This document shows, in pieces, positions 11,488 through 25,498 of a stretch of DNA of 64,000 nt. This stretch comes from Nemertoderma westbladi. Lineage: Eukaryota > Animalia > Xenacoelomorpha. The DNA is taken from positions 1 to 64,000 of the forward strand of contig JAUCBJ010000009.1 of the NCBI GenBank assembly GCA_032718475.1. The letters run 5' to 3'. A model generated the notes under the pieces. It had not been told where the DNA came from and did not search any database. It was given only the letters and a program-made list of their open reading frames with translations. Positions within the stretch are counted from its first letter, which is position 1, and the number at the start of each line of letters is the position of its first letter. Position numbers and translations under genes: made by a program.

Positions 11488-12833
11488 GCTTTTGAGATAT
11501 AAGATACGATATGAAAACCAATAGGTGCACTATTACAGTATAATATTTTGATCCACGGTTTGCTGTATACCGGTTCAGTAGAAGGCCTAGTAAGTCACAC
11601 TTGACTATTTATTTAATTATAACAATTTAATGTTAACCATAAAAAGTCAAATCTACAACAGATGCCAATTTTTTATTATTTCCCAACAATTACAGAAAAT
11701 ATACACTATAATATATATTATAATTCTAGAATACTTGTTGTCAATTATACCGTGTCCTGGAATATAGTGTCGTTATTCAGACATCCCCGACCCCCAAATC
11801 TTTCTACAAATCTTAATAAGTTATTACATGAAATTTTAAATATAAAGTAGATAGTTTCGCTCAACTCATCCTGGGCTGGGTGGCGTGGGTGAGTCAGAAT
11901 TTTTATTTTTGTTTTCATTTTTTAGCTACAAGCGTTTAAAAAAGGTGTCCCCAGCGATGATACGCAAGTTACTCTGCAGTTATTCTTCTACCTTATAGCT
12001 GTTTGTTGGTACCAATGGAAAGCTGGTCATGCAAGGATTCAAAATATAACACGACCGTATATTCGAACGCTCATACCACAGCTATTTTTCAACGAAATTC
12101 AGATTTGTCCCCCCCCCCCCCCCACACACACACACACAGAAACTCAAGAAAATAACAATTATTTCAAAACAATTAGCTAACATGTCCAGTCATTTATATA
12201 CACCATGTCCTGGAATATAGTGTCGTTATTCAGGTACCTGCCCCCCCCCCCCCCCCAATTTTTTTTACAAATCGTAATGAGATTGCATGAAATTTGAAAC
12301 ATAGATAGTTTCACCTCCCGACCACTGACTGGGTGAGCCAGAATTTTTATTTTCGCTTTCATTCTTTAGCTACAAGCGTTTGAAAGAGGTGTCTCCGTCG
12401 GTATTGCGCCAGTTACACCGCAGTTATTCTTCCGACATTTAGTGATTTATTGGTACTAGCGGAAAGCTGACCGTGCAAGGATTCCAAATATGTAAAAATA
12501 TTTGAATTTGGTTGGGAAATAGCTGAGTTATTGGCATTCAAATTTTGCATGTATTTGCTTCCGCTGCAGGCCATTTATTCTATTAATAAATACACAATGT
12601 TCTAGAACATTTTGTTTATCTCATAAGTAGCTTGGCAACAATGCAATGCCTACATGATAATACTAGTATATGGATATTCATACATAATCAAAATGTTCTA
12701 GAACATTTTGTTTTAATTTAATAGAATAAATGGCCTGCAGTGGAAGCTAATTAATACATGCAAAATTCGATGCCAATACCTCAGCTATTTCCCAATCAAA
12801 TTCAAATATTTTTACATTTGGAATGCTTGCACG

Positions 12834-14566
12834 CAGTGCCGGATTAACCTTAAGGCATATAAGGCACGTGCCTTAGGGCCAGACGAAAATACGGGCCAAT
12901 TTTTCTCAGCGAGTCATTCCTGTGAAAAAAAAAAATTTTATCTGAAAAGTCAACATTTTTTCTCACTAAAATTTCTAGAAAACAGAACAAAAGTGCATCT
13001 TTCGACTACTTCCTATCACTAGATTTGTGGTAGAAATTGCAAAATTGTAGTTCAATCGACCGACAGCTGCTTGTGTTATTAGTTCAAGAACTGATGGCAG
13101 GGAAATAATAAAACATGGGCAGTAAAACATTAAAGTGCTAATTATGAACAGTGGAGAATTTAATTTTATTTATTTGTAGTTGTACTTAAATTTTCTTGAA
13201 CAACCAAATAATTACGTGGTGACATACTGGAAACACTGTACATAGTAAATGTATGGCGTGGAGATATGGTAGTGCGAAATTAATTTTTTTCACCGGAAAC
13301 GAGTTTTATAAATATAGGCCCTAACAGATAAAAAAATAAATTAGTTGTAGATAAAATAGTTGTTGATAAAAAAAAACGTGTCAGAAATAACTTCTTGTCA
13401 CTAATTTAATTTAACCGAAATTCAGATGTTCTGCCCTTGTGTATGCATTGTACGATTTTGCATTCGATGGCATTTTAGGTGCAATTCCTGCTAAACCTAA
13501 AACTCTCGGACAGCATAATTGAATTTTGGCAAATTAAAATTAGTGATAAAGAGTGCTTATTTCCGAGACTGTTCTCTTATCGAAGAACATTACAGTACTT
13601 TCTCAGCAAGTCCAAATATAGATTAGAAATATTAACCACACTTTTGGTGGTGTGTTATATTTCTCAGCAAGTCAAGTAAAGATACTACTACTACTAGGAT
13701 CGGCATGCTGCATTGCAGCTGCATTTTTAAGAATGCTGTGCCGGCTTGTCGACAAAATTGCGCCATCACAACTCCCTATCACCCATGACATTTGCTAGAT
13801 CATCCGCATCTTCAAGGCCAGTGTCCTTTAAGATGCGTCTCAAGAAAGTTATGGGCAAAGGTAATTTATCAGTAAAGATAAGTACCCTGCGAAACCTACA
13901 CCCTACAGCATATAAATAACAAATTCCCACGATACAATCAAAATTGCTAAATACAGTACCTACAGTGACCAGTCAGGGGCTCACTATAACCCCTACAGAA
14001 ATGAAATTTTCGAAAATTTACATAATTTTTTGTTGTTTGAAAGAAGGGCTTTCATAAAAGGTATATCGGTTTTCAACATTGAATTATTTTTTGACCTTAA
14101 AACTGCTCTTTTCAATAACATAATATATTGCTGATATTTACGCCTCTCTGTATAAAACAACCTTTTTTTTTGCTTGTCGATTTTGACTTTTTTCATCACT
14201 AAATTCCCTACTACTTTTTTATTTTTTACTCAATTTCCATTAAACATATACCAAAATGTTTAGCATCTTTAGGGCTACAATCGTGAATATTGGTTTGTAA
14301 AACATGGCCATTTGGATCTTCTAGAACCGATTTTGTACTGTAACTGCTACACTTTGTCAATCACAAAATAGTACTTAGTACTTATTTACACGCAGTCATC
14401 CAACGAAAATACTTTATATTTCCCTCGCAACATTTTCACAGTTTCAGTTGTTTTTAGCAGCTGTTTCTTTTGAAAGGGTTTGCGGAAAAATAATATCAAT
14501 TTTCGGGCCATTTTTGGAAATTACTAAAATGTGCCTTAGGGCCACCAGAGGCTTTATCCGGCACTG
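12834..14566. mobile_element. Non-autonomous hAT transposon (1733 bp)
   Basis: TIR CAGTGCCGGAT...ATCCGGCACTG; perfect 8-bp TSD CTTGCACG (12826-12833 and 14567-14574); subterminal GTGCCTTAGGGCC at both ends. Confidence 0.92.
13683..13856 (-). mobile_element. 5'-truncated RTE LINE 3' end with (TAG)n tail
   Basis: Near-identical to 24820-24980 (LRRILKDTGLEDADDLANVMGD...) and ends in a trinucleotide tail. Confidence 0.85.
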
Positions 14567-16069
14567 CTTGCACGGTCAGCTTTCCACTACTGTAGTACCT
14601 ACAAATCACTAAATGTTTGAAGAATAACTGCGGTGTTACTGGTGCAATATCGACGGAGACACCTTTTTCAAACGCTTGTAGCTAAAGAATGAAAGCGAAA
14701 ATAAAAGTTCTGGCTCACCCAGCAGGGAGGTGAAACTATCTCTATTTCAAATTTCATGCAATCTCATTACGATTTGTGAAAAAATTTGGGGGTGGGGGGG
14801 CAGGTACCTGAATAACGACACTATATTCAAGGACATGGTGTACTGTATAATATCAAATCACTTAAATTATCGAATATTATCTAATACAGTATAAAAATTG
14901 GATGTAAAAAAGGTTTTAAAAAAGTTGCTGGCAATATACCTTCCAGCAACTTGTTGCTGGACCCCCTCACACACAAAAACAAGCTTCGGAAACAAGTTGC
15001 AGCAACTTGTTGCTGGACTCTTCACACACAGCAACAAGTTTCAGAAACAAGTTGTAGAAACAAGTTGCTCCGTGTGAGGGGGGATTACATGAAATTTGAA
15101 ACAGAGATAGTTTTACCTCCCTCCTTCTTGCTGGGTGTGCCAGAATTTTTATTTTGGCTTTCATTCTTTAGCTACACGCGTTTAAAAAAAGGTGTCTCAG
15201 GCGATATTTCAACAATTACACTCCAGTTATTCTCCAACCTTATAGTGATTTGTTAGTACTTATGGAAAGCTGGCCATATAAGAATTCCAAATATGTAACA
15301 TAATCTGAATTAGGTTGAGAAATAGCCGAGATATCAGCTTTCAAAAGTTGCATGGTTTTGTATCTGCGCGAGGCTATTTTATTCTATTAAACCACATTCT
15401 AGAACATGTTGTTTATTTATGAATAGCTACGTATGGGATAAACAAAATGTTCCAGAATATGGTGTGTATTTATTAAATAGAATATATGGCCTGCAACGGA
15501 AGCAAATACATGCAAATTTCCAATGCCCATATCTCAGCTATTTCTCAACCAAATGCAAATGTTTTTACATATTTGGAATCCTTGTATGGCCAGCTTTCTG
15601 TTGATACAAACAAATCACTAACGTTGAAGAGTGATTGCTCTGTGACCTGTGAAATATCGCTTAAGACACTTTTTTTTAAACACTTGTAGCTAAAAATTAA
15701 AAGCAAAAATAAAGATTCTGGCTCACCCACGGAGGAGGAGGTAGGTGAAACTATTTAAGTTTCAAATTTCATGCAATCTCATTACGATTTGTAGAAAAAT
15801 TTGGGAGTGGGGTCCGTCCACCCGGCCCAGGTACCTGAATAACGACACTATATTCCAGGACATACAGTAGTGTATATCGTCGGCATATGGCAGTGATAGT
15901 GCACCACCATGCCCCGGAAAGAATCTAATACAGTAATTGAACGGATCCAAGTTGTTGGATGTCCTTATTTCTCACACGTATTTGTGTGTTTGTTTGTGTG
16001 TTTGTTTGTACACACAACTTCTTGCACTTAACCCTTTCGCGCCTAATTCAAGATATTATGTGTTCCCCA

Positions 16070-16790
16070 AAGACTGAAGTCTGTCGGTCTTTCTGTCAGT
16101 TTGTCTGTCAAAACTTAAGAAAGAATATAATCTACTAACATTCTCGCTATGGAGGTTTTAAGGGTTGGTAATTTCATTTCTGATGTCATTTTTTACGACT
16201 GACCAACTCTAGGATGTCTGTGTCTGTATGTAGGGCCTACTGTATGTCTGTCAGTCTGTCTATCAAAAAATAAGGAAGAATATTATTTAATAAAAACATT
16301 CGCCATGGGGTTTTCTGGGTCTCTGATTTCATTTTTGGTGTCAGTTTTTACGACTGACCAACTCTAGGCTGTCTGTGTCTGTATGTCTGTCTGTCAAGAA
16401 ATATGGAAGCATATTATGTAATAAAAACATTTGCCATGTGGTTTTTCCAGGTAGCTGATCTCATTTCGGATGCCAGTTTTTACGACTGACCAACTCTAGG
16501 CTGCATGTGTCTGTATGTACGTCTGTTTGTCAGTCTGTCTGTCAAAAAATAAGGAAACATATTATGTACAGTAATAAAAACATTTGTCATCGGGGTTTTC
16601 CAGGTCTCTGATCTCATTTCTGATGTCAGTTTTTACGACTGACCAACTCTTGGCTGTCTGTGTGTGTATGTATGTCTGTTTGTCTGTCAGTTTGTCTGTC
16701 AAAAAATAAGGAAGCATATTTCTGTTTGTCTGTCAGTCTGTTTGTCAAAAAATATGGAAGCATACTGTATTATGTAATAAAAACATTCTT
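16070..16790. repeat. Tandem array of ~140-150-bp units with (TGTC)n tracts, probably internal to a non-autonomous element
   Basis: TTTTACGACTGACCAACTCT recurs at ~16192, 16346, 16478 and 16630. Confidence 0.85.
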
Positions 16791-19700
16791 TGACCCAGAA
16801 TACCTGACCTGACACATATCTTGTGCTGTAAATACAGTACCATAATATTCCATGAGTTTTCACGGATTTGTCCTATTTTTACAAGAATTCCCTGACATTT
16901 TAGCGGTTCTGGGTGAATACACCCAGGGGAACGTTCCCCCTTTCGCTACGCCTCTAACATGAGTTGGTATGCAGCCAGTCGGGTCTCCTAGTATCTGTGT
17001 CTAACCGAACATCAGTCCGTCTAAACAGTCCGAACCACCACCACCGTGATGCACAGCCAGTTGCCACCCCAAACCCCACTCAATAAGAATCAACCTTTGG
17101 GAGCTTCTTTGAGCAAGACCAAGCTATTGCGAATTCACAGTACAACGATCCTCAGAACTAATGCCGAAGGCCTAATGTGCACCACTGATCCGGCGCGGCA
17201 CCCCTCACGCTCACTACTCCCCATTCGTAACATCTTGCAATGGAGTTCTTGCCCCCAGGTCAATGCTATTCCGCATAATAGCGGATAAGCTCTCCACGGC
17301 CATATAGCGTCGTGATTGGTTGGGTGCGTACCCAGCTACAGTTTGCTCTTATCTACAATGCATCTCATTGCGTTCGCGGAGTGGCCTAGGTCTGGAAGAC
17401 GCCGCTGGATTACCCTAGACAGTCCGTCATGACAGCGCAGACCGGTGGTGTGGGTGGCCAGGTAGTTAGTGTATTTTGTACTTCGCATTGGGCACAGTTA
17501 TTCACTCCAATAAGAGAGCTCTGGTGGCAGGTTATTGTATAATTTTTAATATTATGTCATTTTTACTTGTTGATCTAATTTCTAAAGATACCGGTATCAG
17601 ATTTACCTTTAGTCCATCTGAGGACATACCAGAGCTGGTCTAGCATGCTGGTTAGGGTGTAGTTCCAGGGTTATACATATCCTGCGCCGTTCCCTCCCAA
17701 GGCGGCATGCAGAGATTAGAAGGGGCTTTCACATTGTATCGTCTCCCTTCCTCCTACTTAGCTGAGCACATACACATCATCTCAAAAGATGGAGAGTATC
17801 TGTTTCTGAGCCCCAATGAAGGCTACCGAACTGAGGTCTTCCAGACATCATAGTCCACCTTAACCTTATTGGCTGTTAAACCACCCAGTCATTAAATTAC
17901 CACATCCCAATTCCATCGTACTGTACCTGAGTTGTCAATCTCATTTTTCATCTCTTTCCTATTTCTTGGGATCGCAGCTTTGACCTGGATTTGGTAAAGT
18001 AGCACAATTGTAGTATCTTTACCAATGTGTGCTTCATGGGCAATGGTGTGCACCCTGCGCAGCATCCTGGTATATGAACTTATCCTTCTATATGCCTGAC
18101 CATTTGGTCAGTCATAGAGAAATACATACACCAATTCGCGCGCGAGGTGAGGGAAGATCTCCTCTGTGCTGGGGGTTAGAGAGCGTTAGTAAATGGATGG
18201 GGAAGAAGGGGAAAGGGGTATGGATCTATAAATAGCATGCAATACGACGCCTATCACGATCGTTCTATGCACATACAGCTGTCTAACCTCGAGAAGCTGT
18301 AATAATAATGTATAGTTGCTATAAACTTACCCACACCCACGTACTCCGGCACACATCCTTACCCGTACTCACCATATATACATACACACCAACTTTCCAC
18401 ACCAACCCACCCACCTAAGCACATCACCTACTAACCGTGCCCATCCACGTACGCCCATTTACCCGTACCCCAGCCACCCCTACTTAACCGCACCTGAAGC
18501 ACGCCTGCTTACCCGTCCACCCACCCTCCAGTTTGTTTGCCTTTTTTTTTTTATCACATACATGTATTATTAATTAATGTGACAGAATTAGTGCAAGACT
18601 CTTTCTTATTATATCGTAAACATATCACCGCACAAAAACGCGTTTTACACACCAAATCGTTATGCCACACACCGTTTTTCTAATTAATCAATACAATCCT
18701 ATATTCGTATGCGAAAATAAGGGTTATATATCCAGCCTAGAGGCCAAGCAAGGTACCGGTAGCAATGCAAGAAGCGTCCTATTGGGTGGTATGTTCTGCC
18801 CCCTTTTCTTACCCCCCTCTTCCGTGCCAACACTCGCTCAGCCAAACAACCCAGACAGCTCCGTATAACCCATCATTGTTCCAATTCTTCCAGTGGGCTA
18901 TCATTACGGCCCTCCTAATTAGTATCAAATTTGTTAACATTGCAGGTAGGACACCATTACTAACAGAGATATATATTACCATTAATAACCATTAATAACA
19001 GAGACATACTAGTGGCAGTAGGAACGCCACAGAAAAGGCGTACCTTTAATTAAAGAGCATGCAAGGTATATAAAAACATCACTCTTAACATCAGCACATT
19101 GATCACAAGGATTTAACAATACTTATAGCGGGATCATCTGATCTATTTTAATCATAATTTATGACCATAGCAATGGGAGTTCTCCTCCTAATTCGGGAAT
19201 CACTGTTGGAATTTCTCAGATTTCCTAATCCAGAATAAGAAATATTTATTACTAGAATAATAAAATAACATTTGCACGATATTTAAATCAAAACGATGGT
19301 ATATTGCAACAAACACAAATGGCGATATAAGAAATATGCATGTCAATATAATATTTAATAGTATTTAATAAACCGTAATGACAAGAAATACATAAAACCG
19401 AAAGATACAGACACACAATCGCACTTAATATGCAATTGTTTTACCAACTCGACCCCCTCCCCTACCCTCCCCCCTATCCTCCATTGTGCGACATCATTTC
19501 TTACTGATGGTCGAACAGATTTTTTCCATAAACTCCTCAAACCTTACAAATTGTCTATTTAACACTATGAACCATCTCCTCTCCATCGGCTTTATTTTTC
19601 ATTTTTGGAATGTAATTTTGATATTAACCACCTTCATCAGCAGATTCCGAAAAAAACGGGGAATTTTTCACCACTAACTCCCGGATATATTATCAAAATT

Positions 19701-19970
19701 CAAAGGGATATATTTCGACACGTAAATTGATATTATTCCACATTTTTTTCAAATCAGCTAAATAAAATACTGTAGACTTAATAAATTCTAGAATAGAGTA
19801 AAGATATCAGGTTTACCTCGATTTAAGTGTTAAATGGCATGTGTAAATTAGGGGGGGGGGGGGGGGGGGGGGGTTACAATGATTAAGGGCGATTGTCTAT
19901 GTCTCTTATCATCTCTGCTTTTATAGTAGAAAATAACATTATTACACATAAAGAGAGTTAAACCTAGAAA

Positions 19971-22370
19971 CTAAGATTGTTCCTCCATGGCGACGTCGTT
20001 ACTCTTCACTGCGAACTCGACTTCACCGGGAGGCGAGGATTCCCCGAGAGGGACGGCATCACCGCCGCCGGTGTCCACCGCCGCACCGGGGGTCTCCCCC
20101 CCGGGGGTCGTTGTATCCGGGGGCGTGGTCCGATCAACCCCCCCTTCCTCCGTAACCTCCTCGTCAACCTTCACTTTCTTCCGTTTATGACTCCGAACAT
20201 CCCGTCGTCCTCCGCCCATCTCGTCCTCCGAGTCGCTCAACTCTTCGTCGCAGGTTATATGTTTATCCGAGGCGCGAATGGAGATCCGTTTATCGGGTTG
20301 TTCGACGAGTTCCTCCTCCTCTTCGTCGTCGTCCACTGCGGCGGCGTCCTCCGGTATCGCGGCGGCCTGCACCCCCGGCGCGTGCGGCAACGCCCGCAGG
20401 TTCTCGTACAGACGAACCTTGATCTTGTCGAGGTAGTCCGTGGTGTTCTGATTGGTCATATTGCTGGGCGATATGTGCAGCTTGAAGTCGGGCCCGTAGT
20501 ACTCGAAGTAGTCGTTGTAGGGCAGTTCGTTGGCGACGTCGACGCCCAAGGCGACGGCCGTCTCGTACGTCCAGCACCGCGCCACGTTACGGATCGTGTA
20601 ACCCCCGCCGCCAAGGATCAGCAACGGCAGGTTGTATTTCTTTACGAAGTCAACGCAACGGCCGTGACCTGGGAAATAAAGAAAAACGCAGTCACATAAA
20701 AAGTTTATTTAACTGGGTAAATAAAGTACCGGTAGCACTTTATAAGATTACCAGTATTTTTTCAACAATTGTACTATTAAGTATTAAAAAATAAGAAAAC
20801 AAGGGTGCTAAACGCCTATATATGCCTACACCTTCCTGTCTGTAAGGAAGGTTAGTAAAGGAGCAGGTTACAGAGGCGGGATGAAAGGAACCAAAACAAT
20901 AAACGAGATTTAGTAATATTGTAGAAAACCCAATGTAATTGAGAATCAACAGCAGTCGGATGAATACCGTAGGCCTATCGGTTTACGGTACATGTACGTG
21001 AAGAGGTGAAGCCCAGACAATATTGAAATACTAATTAAAAATTATTAAAAAAAATTAAATTAATATTAATAAAATTACCGGAATTACCGTTATATATATA
21101 TATATATTCTATAGACTTTTATATGATTTTCCCGGGTGTCCTATTGGGCAGGGCCGCACCAAAATCAATATTATTAAATTATTCTTTGATTTATTCCAAT
21201 AGAAATAATATTCAACGATTGTTGGGCTACATTTATTTGGATTTAACGCATATTTTTTTAAAATAGTGATTATACCAGGATACCATATTATTTTGCCGTA
21301 ATATATATTTATTTGGCAGATATATATACCGGTAGCCAAGGCTCAAGGTACAAAACCAGTCCAGTATGTTTTTAATTTCATTAAATTAACATCAACTTGT
21401 ACAAAATGAAAAAAATATATATATACCCGGTATTTTTTTCTTCAGTAATTGTGTCGTAATAGTTGTCAATAATGTTAATTCAGTAATAAGTGTTGTGTCT
21501 CACAGGTTTATAAAATAAAACAACTTATAATTTAATACCTTTAAGAGTGAGATTGAAGCAACCCAGTCTATCTCCACTCAACGAGTCCGCGCCGCATTGC
21601 AACACTATGGCGCTGGGCTGATACATCTCCATCACCTTGGTGATCACCGGCTCGAATATTCTCTCGTACGAATCGTCGTCGATTCCATCCCGCAACGGGA
21701 AGTTAACCGCGTAGAACTTCCCGCGATCGGCGCCGATGTCACGGAGGTCCCCAGTACCCGGGAAGTATTCCCCGTACTTGTGGAAGGAAACCGTCATCAC
21801 GCGGTCGGTGGTGTAGAACGCTTCTTCGACACCGTCCCCGTGGTGGATGTCAATGTCGATGTATAGAACACGCTGGTGGTACTTGAGAAGTTCCAGGATC
21901 GCTAGAACTATATCGTTAACGTAACAAAAACCTGAAGCTTCTGATTTCTTAGCGTGATGAAGTCCCCCACCCCAGTTAATAGCGATGTCTGCTTGTTGTC
22001 GGTTTAGTTTTACTGCGGACGCTACAGAACCGCCGCTCGACAGCTGACAGAATTCGTACATTCCGTCGAACACCGGGCAGTCCTCGCCAACATTGAAGCG
22101 TTGCATCTGTTTGCTGAACTCTGTCATGTTGTCGGGGCGGATGGATTTGAGGAACTTTATGTAGTCGTCCGAGTGGTAGCGAGTCATCTCCTCGAAGGTC
22201 GCCTTGTGGGGTCGGTAGATCTCCATCTTGCGATACAGTCCGTAGTTGAGAAGGAGGTTGTGTGTCATGCGGATACGGTGGGGTTTCATCGGGTGGCCCT
22301 GCCCGTAGTAATAGTTCCCCACATCGCCGTCGTAATAGTAACAAACTTTGCGTTTGTTTGCCGTCTCCAT
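19971..22370 (-). CDS. HDAC1: Class I histone deacetylase (HDAC1/2, Rpd3). Exons 22370-21539 and 20668-19971; ~509 aa
   Basis: Hallmark motifs [75 protein letters not shown] and an IACEE-like ITCDEE. A GT..AG phase-1 intron (21538-20669, 870 bp) restores [14 protein letters not shown]. Confidence 0.97.
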
Positions 22371-22482
22371 CGCCGAAATCTATTCTGAAACCATAATACT
22401 CAGGGCTGGCAAAGTAGGTTTTTTAGCACCTAGGTTTTTTATGGTATTGTGTATGGCCTGTATCTCACAAGTCAAGACTTCG

Positions 22483-23121
22483 GGTACGTACTAAAAGGTA
22501 GAACGATCTATAACGGGCTATAACGACCTACAGACTTTCTATAAACAAGCTATAACCACCTATAACGAGCTGTAATATGAAAATTTACATTAAAAAACGC
22601 CCCTTGGGTGTGTTTAACTTTTGGAGTAACACGGTGGTCTGAAAAATACCGCAGGTTAAAAATTAGGGTTGGCCTATCTGCCTATGCCTAATTGATACTG
22701 GTAAGTTTTTTATTGGCCTATGCTATATTGCTCACTATATTCCTGTATTCTATATCGACCAGAAGCTGACAGCGAATAGCAGGCGCAGGATGGAGAATAG
22801 ACAGAGAGATGGGAGACCTCTCCACTTCTGCACTGTCTGATAGTCCTGTAGTCTAGTCGGATAATGCAGTAGTGGCATGCTGACTAATGCAGTAATGACT
22901 GATTTCGTGATACCACAAAGATGAAAAGCATTATGAACTAAAAAACCAAATTGCGTAATTAAATTACTGACTAGGAAAATAAATGCATTCTAAAATATGT
23001 TTTTTTATTGTAAATTTTCAGATTATAGCTCGTTATAGGTGGTTATAGCTTGTTATAGGAAGTTATAGCCCGTTATCTGGTTATAGCCCGTTATAGATCG
23101 TTCTACCTTTTAGTACGTACC
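22483..23121. mobile_element. Mutator-like (MULE) MITE, 639 bp
   Basis: Long TIRs starting GGTACGTACTAAAAGGTAGAACGATCTATAAC with CTATAAC subrepeats; perfect 9-bp TSD AAGACTTCG (22474-22482 and 23122-23130). Confidence 0.9.
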
Positions 23122-23589
23122 AAGACTTCGGCCTAATCGCGATGCGATAGATTGCCAATCAGACATTGTCAGTCAGTCAGTGATTGTGTTTGTGTATCCT
23201 AGCCCTAGGCTGCTAGGCCTATACTGTACCGGTACATTCTGACATTACACTTACATACAGTGTACAGACAAACTAGGAAATTGCCAAGTGCCATGCATTG
23301 GTAGGCCTACTTCAGTACTGGCTGGCCGTCTGCTACAGCAGTACGGGTCCTACTGTCACTGTCCTACGAATTACCCAAAAAAAAACACAATATTCTCTGA
23401 TATTACAGTCGGGGATTTTCAACGGAGTTAAAATTTCAACTTTATTTTTTAAAATTCAACTTTTTATTAAAATGCAACTTTTGGAGTAGAGCCTAGAGTT
23501 TAAAATGCAACTTTTTTTTAAATTCAACTTTTGGAGTATCTTTGGAAATACTGAAATATGGAATTGGAATCCATTACTGGTTGGTATTC

Positions 23590-24310
23590 CAGTCGGTTAT
23601 TCCAGGGTGGTTATTCCAGTCGGCAGGGCGACTGCAGGAGCCAGGGATCAGGCCGGGGACTTCACTCCTGCTGATTGAGCTGTTTGGAAGATAGCATTCC
23701 GGAGTGAGTCATTTTTATATCCTGTCTCCTTCACCGCCACAGCCAACATGATGGTCTCCAAATGGGTCAGAGGCAGAGGAGCAGATGGGACCAGGGGACA
23801 GGGAGTTGGTTCCGAGACCATGCGAACACCTAGCCAGTAGTCCAGGGAGAGCCTGAATTCCTGGTCCAGGAAGTGTAGGCCCAGATTCTCAGAGGGGATG
23901 GCTTGAAGCCAGTCCCCAGCATGGTGCAAAGCCGTGGAATTGGCAAGGGCCCGGGATCTGAGGTCAGGTGCTGTGGCGAGGAGATTGGTGTGGAGGGCAT
24001 AGTCCACTGAATGGGAAAACTTTCTCTGGGTTACAGGGGTTGGTGTTGGTAGAGCAGAGATTGATCTTCACTCGGGTTCGTTGGCAATGGTGGACAGAGA
24101 GGTGAGAGCAGGTTGTAAGTTTGGGTTGACTGGTGAATGGCCAAGGATGTGAGATATGAGCGACTCAGCCTGGCATGCAGATGCCACGTAGGCAGCTGGG
24201 GCATGTGAAATGGCCTTTCGCAGGCCAAGGCCCCCCATGGAGGTAGGAAGGCATGCCTTGTCATAAGACCAGTCTGAGAGGGATTCTCCAACCAGGTCAG
24301 ACAAGGAATC
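23590..24310 (-). mobile_element. Degenerate CRE-like (restriction-like endonuclease clade) non-LTR retrotransposon fragment
   Basis: Frameshifted motifs GGLGLR..APAAYVAS, AGDWLQAIPS..LGLH..EFR..WLG and EVPGLIPGSCSRPAD (RPAD of the REL endonuclease). Confidence 0.75.
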
Positions 24311-24464
24311 AGGCGTCAGGCATTATCAAGGCAGCGATGATTGCCCTCAAAATGAGTGTTAACAATGTCGTTTATTGTTTTGGTTAGATAAATTCGTCTC
24401 TGTAACCTATCGTGTCTTGCTAACCTGCACCTTTCCCCCAAACGGGCGAAGGTTGGACGCGGGC

Positions 24465-24596
24465 GCCACAACTCCCTATAACCCATGACATTTGCTAGAT
24501 CATCCGCATCTTTAAGGCCAGTGTCCTTTAAGATGCGTCTCAAGAAAGTCATGGGCTGTCCACCATGCTTATTCACACCATGAGGCTGCCAAAGTA
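24465..24596 (-). mobile_element. Short RTE LINE fragment
   Basis: Near-identical to ~24890-25020. Confidence 0.8.
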
Positions 24597-25498
24597 CTGT
24601 ACTGTAGAGTGTAGATAGGATGATGGCATACTATAGCCGGGCATTTTGTATTACCAATATTGCGTGGTTGCTCACTATCTTGATAATATTTGTGAATGTA
24701 CTGTATGTTCTTATCATATATTATTATTGCTTATAATTTGTTAGTAGTAAGCAAAATCGAAATTTACATAAAACTCTTTATTGTTAAATCAATTTTCGAT
24801 TAAAATTACGTAGTAGTAGTAGGATCGGCATGCTGCATTGCAGCTGCATTTTTAAGAATGCTGTGCCGGCTTGTCAACAAAATTGTACCGCCACAACTCC
24901 CTATCACCCATGACATTTGCTAGATCATCCGCATCTTCAAGGCCAGTGTCCTTTAAGATGCGTCTCAAGAAAGTCATGGGCTGTCCTCCATGCTTATTCA
25001 CTCCATGTGGCTGCCAAAGTACAAGATTATGCACTGACTGGTCCTCACGGCGAAAGCAATGTCCTGCAAAGCGGAGGCGATTTTGTTCTAGTGTCAAGCT
25101 TGGGGGAACCAATGAGACACCTCCAATGTTATATAGTGTCTGGTTGGAGATGTGTGCATTGTACTTGACACAATGAACCCGGCGTAGCATTCTTGTGAAT
25201 GTGCCATCCAGATATTTGGTGTCCTCAGCAGTTAGAGCCCAGCATGGACTCCCATAGAGGAGTACTGGAACTACTGCTGCTCTAAATAATCGGACCTTAA
25301 GTTTCCGATTAATTCTCGGTGACTTCCAAATCCTGGAAAGCCTATTCAAGGCTGCCCATGCCTTTCCCTTACGTATTCGAAGGTCCTCCTGACTTCCGGA
25401 TCCATGATCCCAGGTAACAGAAGTCGTCCACATCTGCACATGCTCAAGCATACCATCTTTTGAGGTTATGCTCATCCGATCAGAGACTTGCTGAGGAC

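Larger units (their letters stand above)
12201..14840. mobile_element. Palindromic ~0.9-kb MITE with TA flanks (Tc1/mariner-like), split by a nested hAT element. Related copies or fragments at ~9985-10070, ~11749-12100, ~15085-15875, ~59045-61263 and ~61290-61709
   Basis: TA|CACCATGTCCTGGAATATAGTGTCGTTATTCAGGTACC ... GGTACCTGAATAACGACACTATATTCAAGGACATGGTG|TA; long inverted arms. Confidence 0.85.

Noticed and set aside
10533-11524. Several long plus-strand repetitive ORFs
   Set aside because: Stop-free by-products of the 24-bp repeat; only the minus ORF has a signal peptide and GPI tail.
17000-18540. GC-richer block that might be a decayed LINE or structured RNA
   Set aside because: No convincing protein motif, ends or fold identifiable by eye.
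21525-21538. Apparent HDAC stop after KGIKL
   Set aside because: Read-through into the intron; splicing at 21538/20669 restores the conserved sequence.
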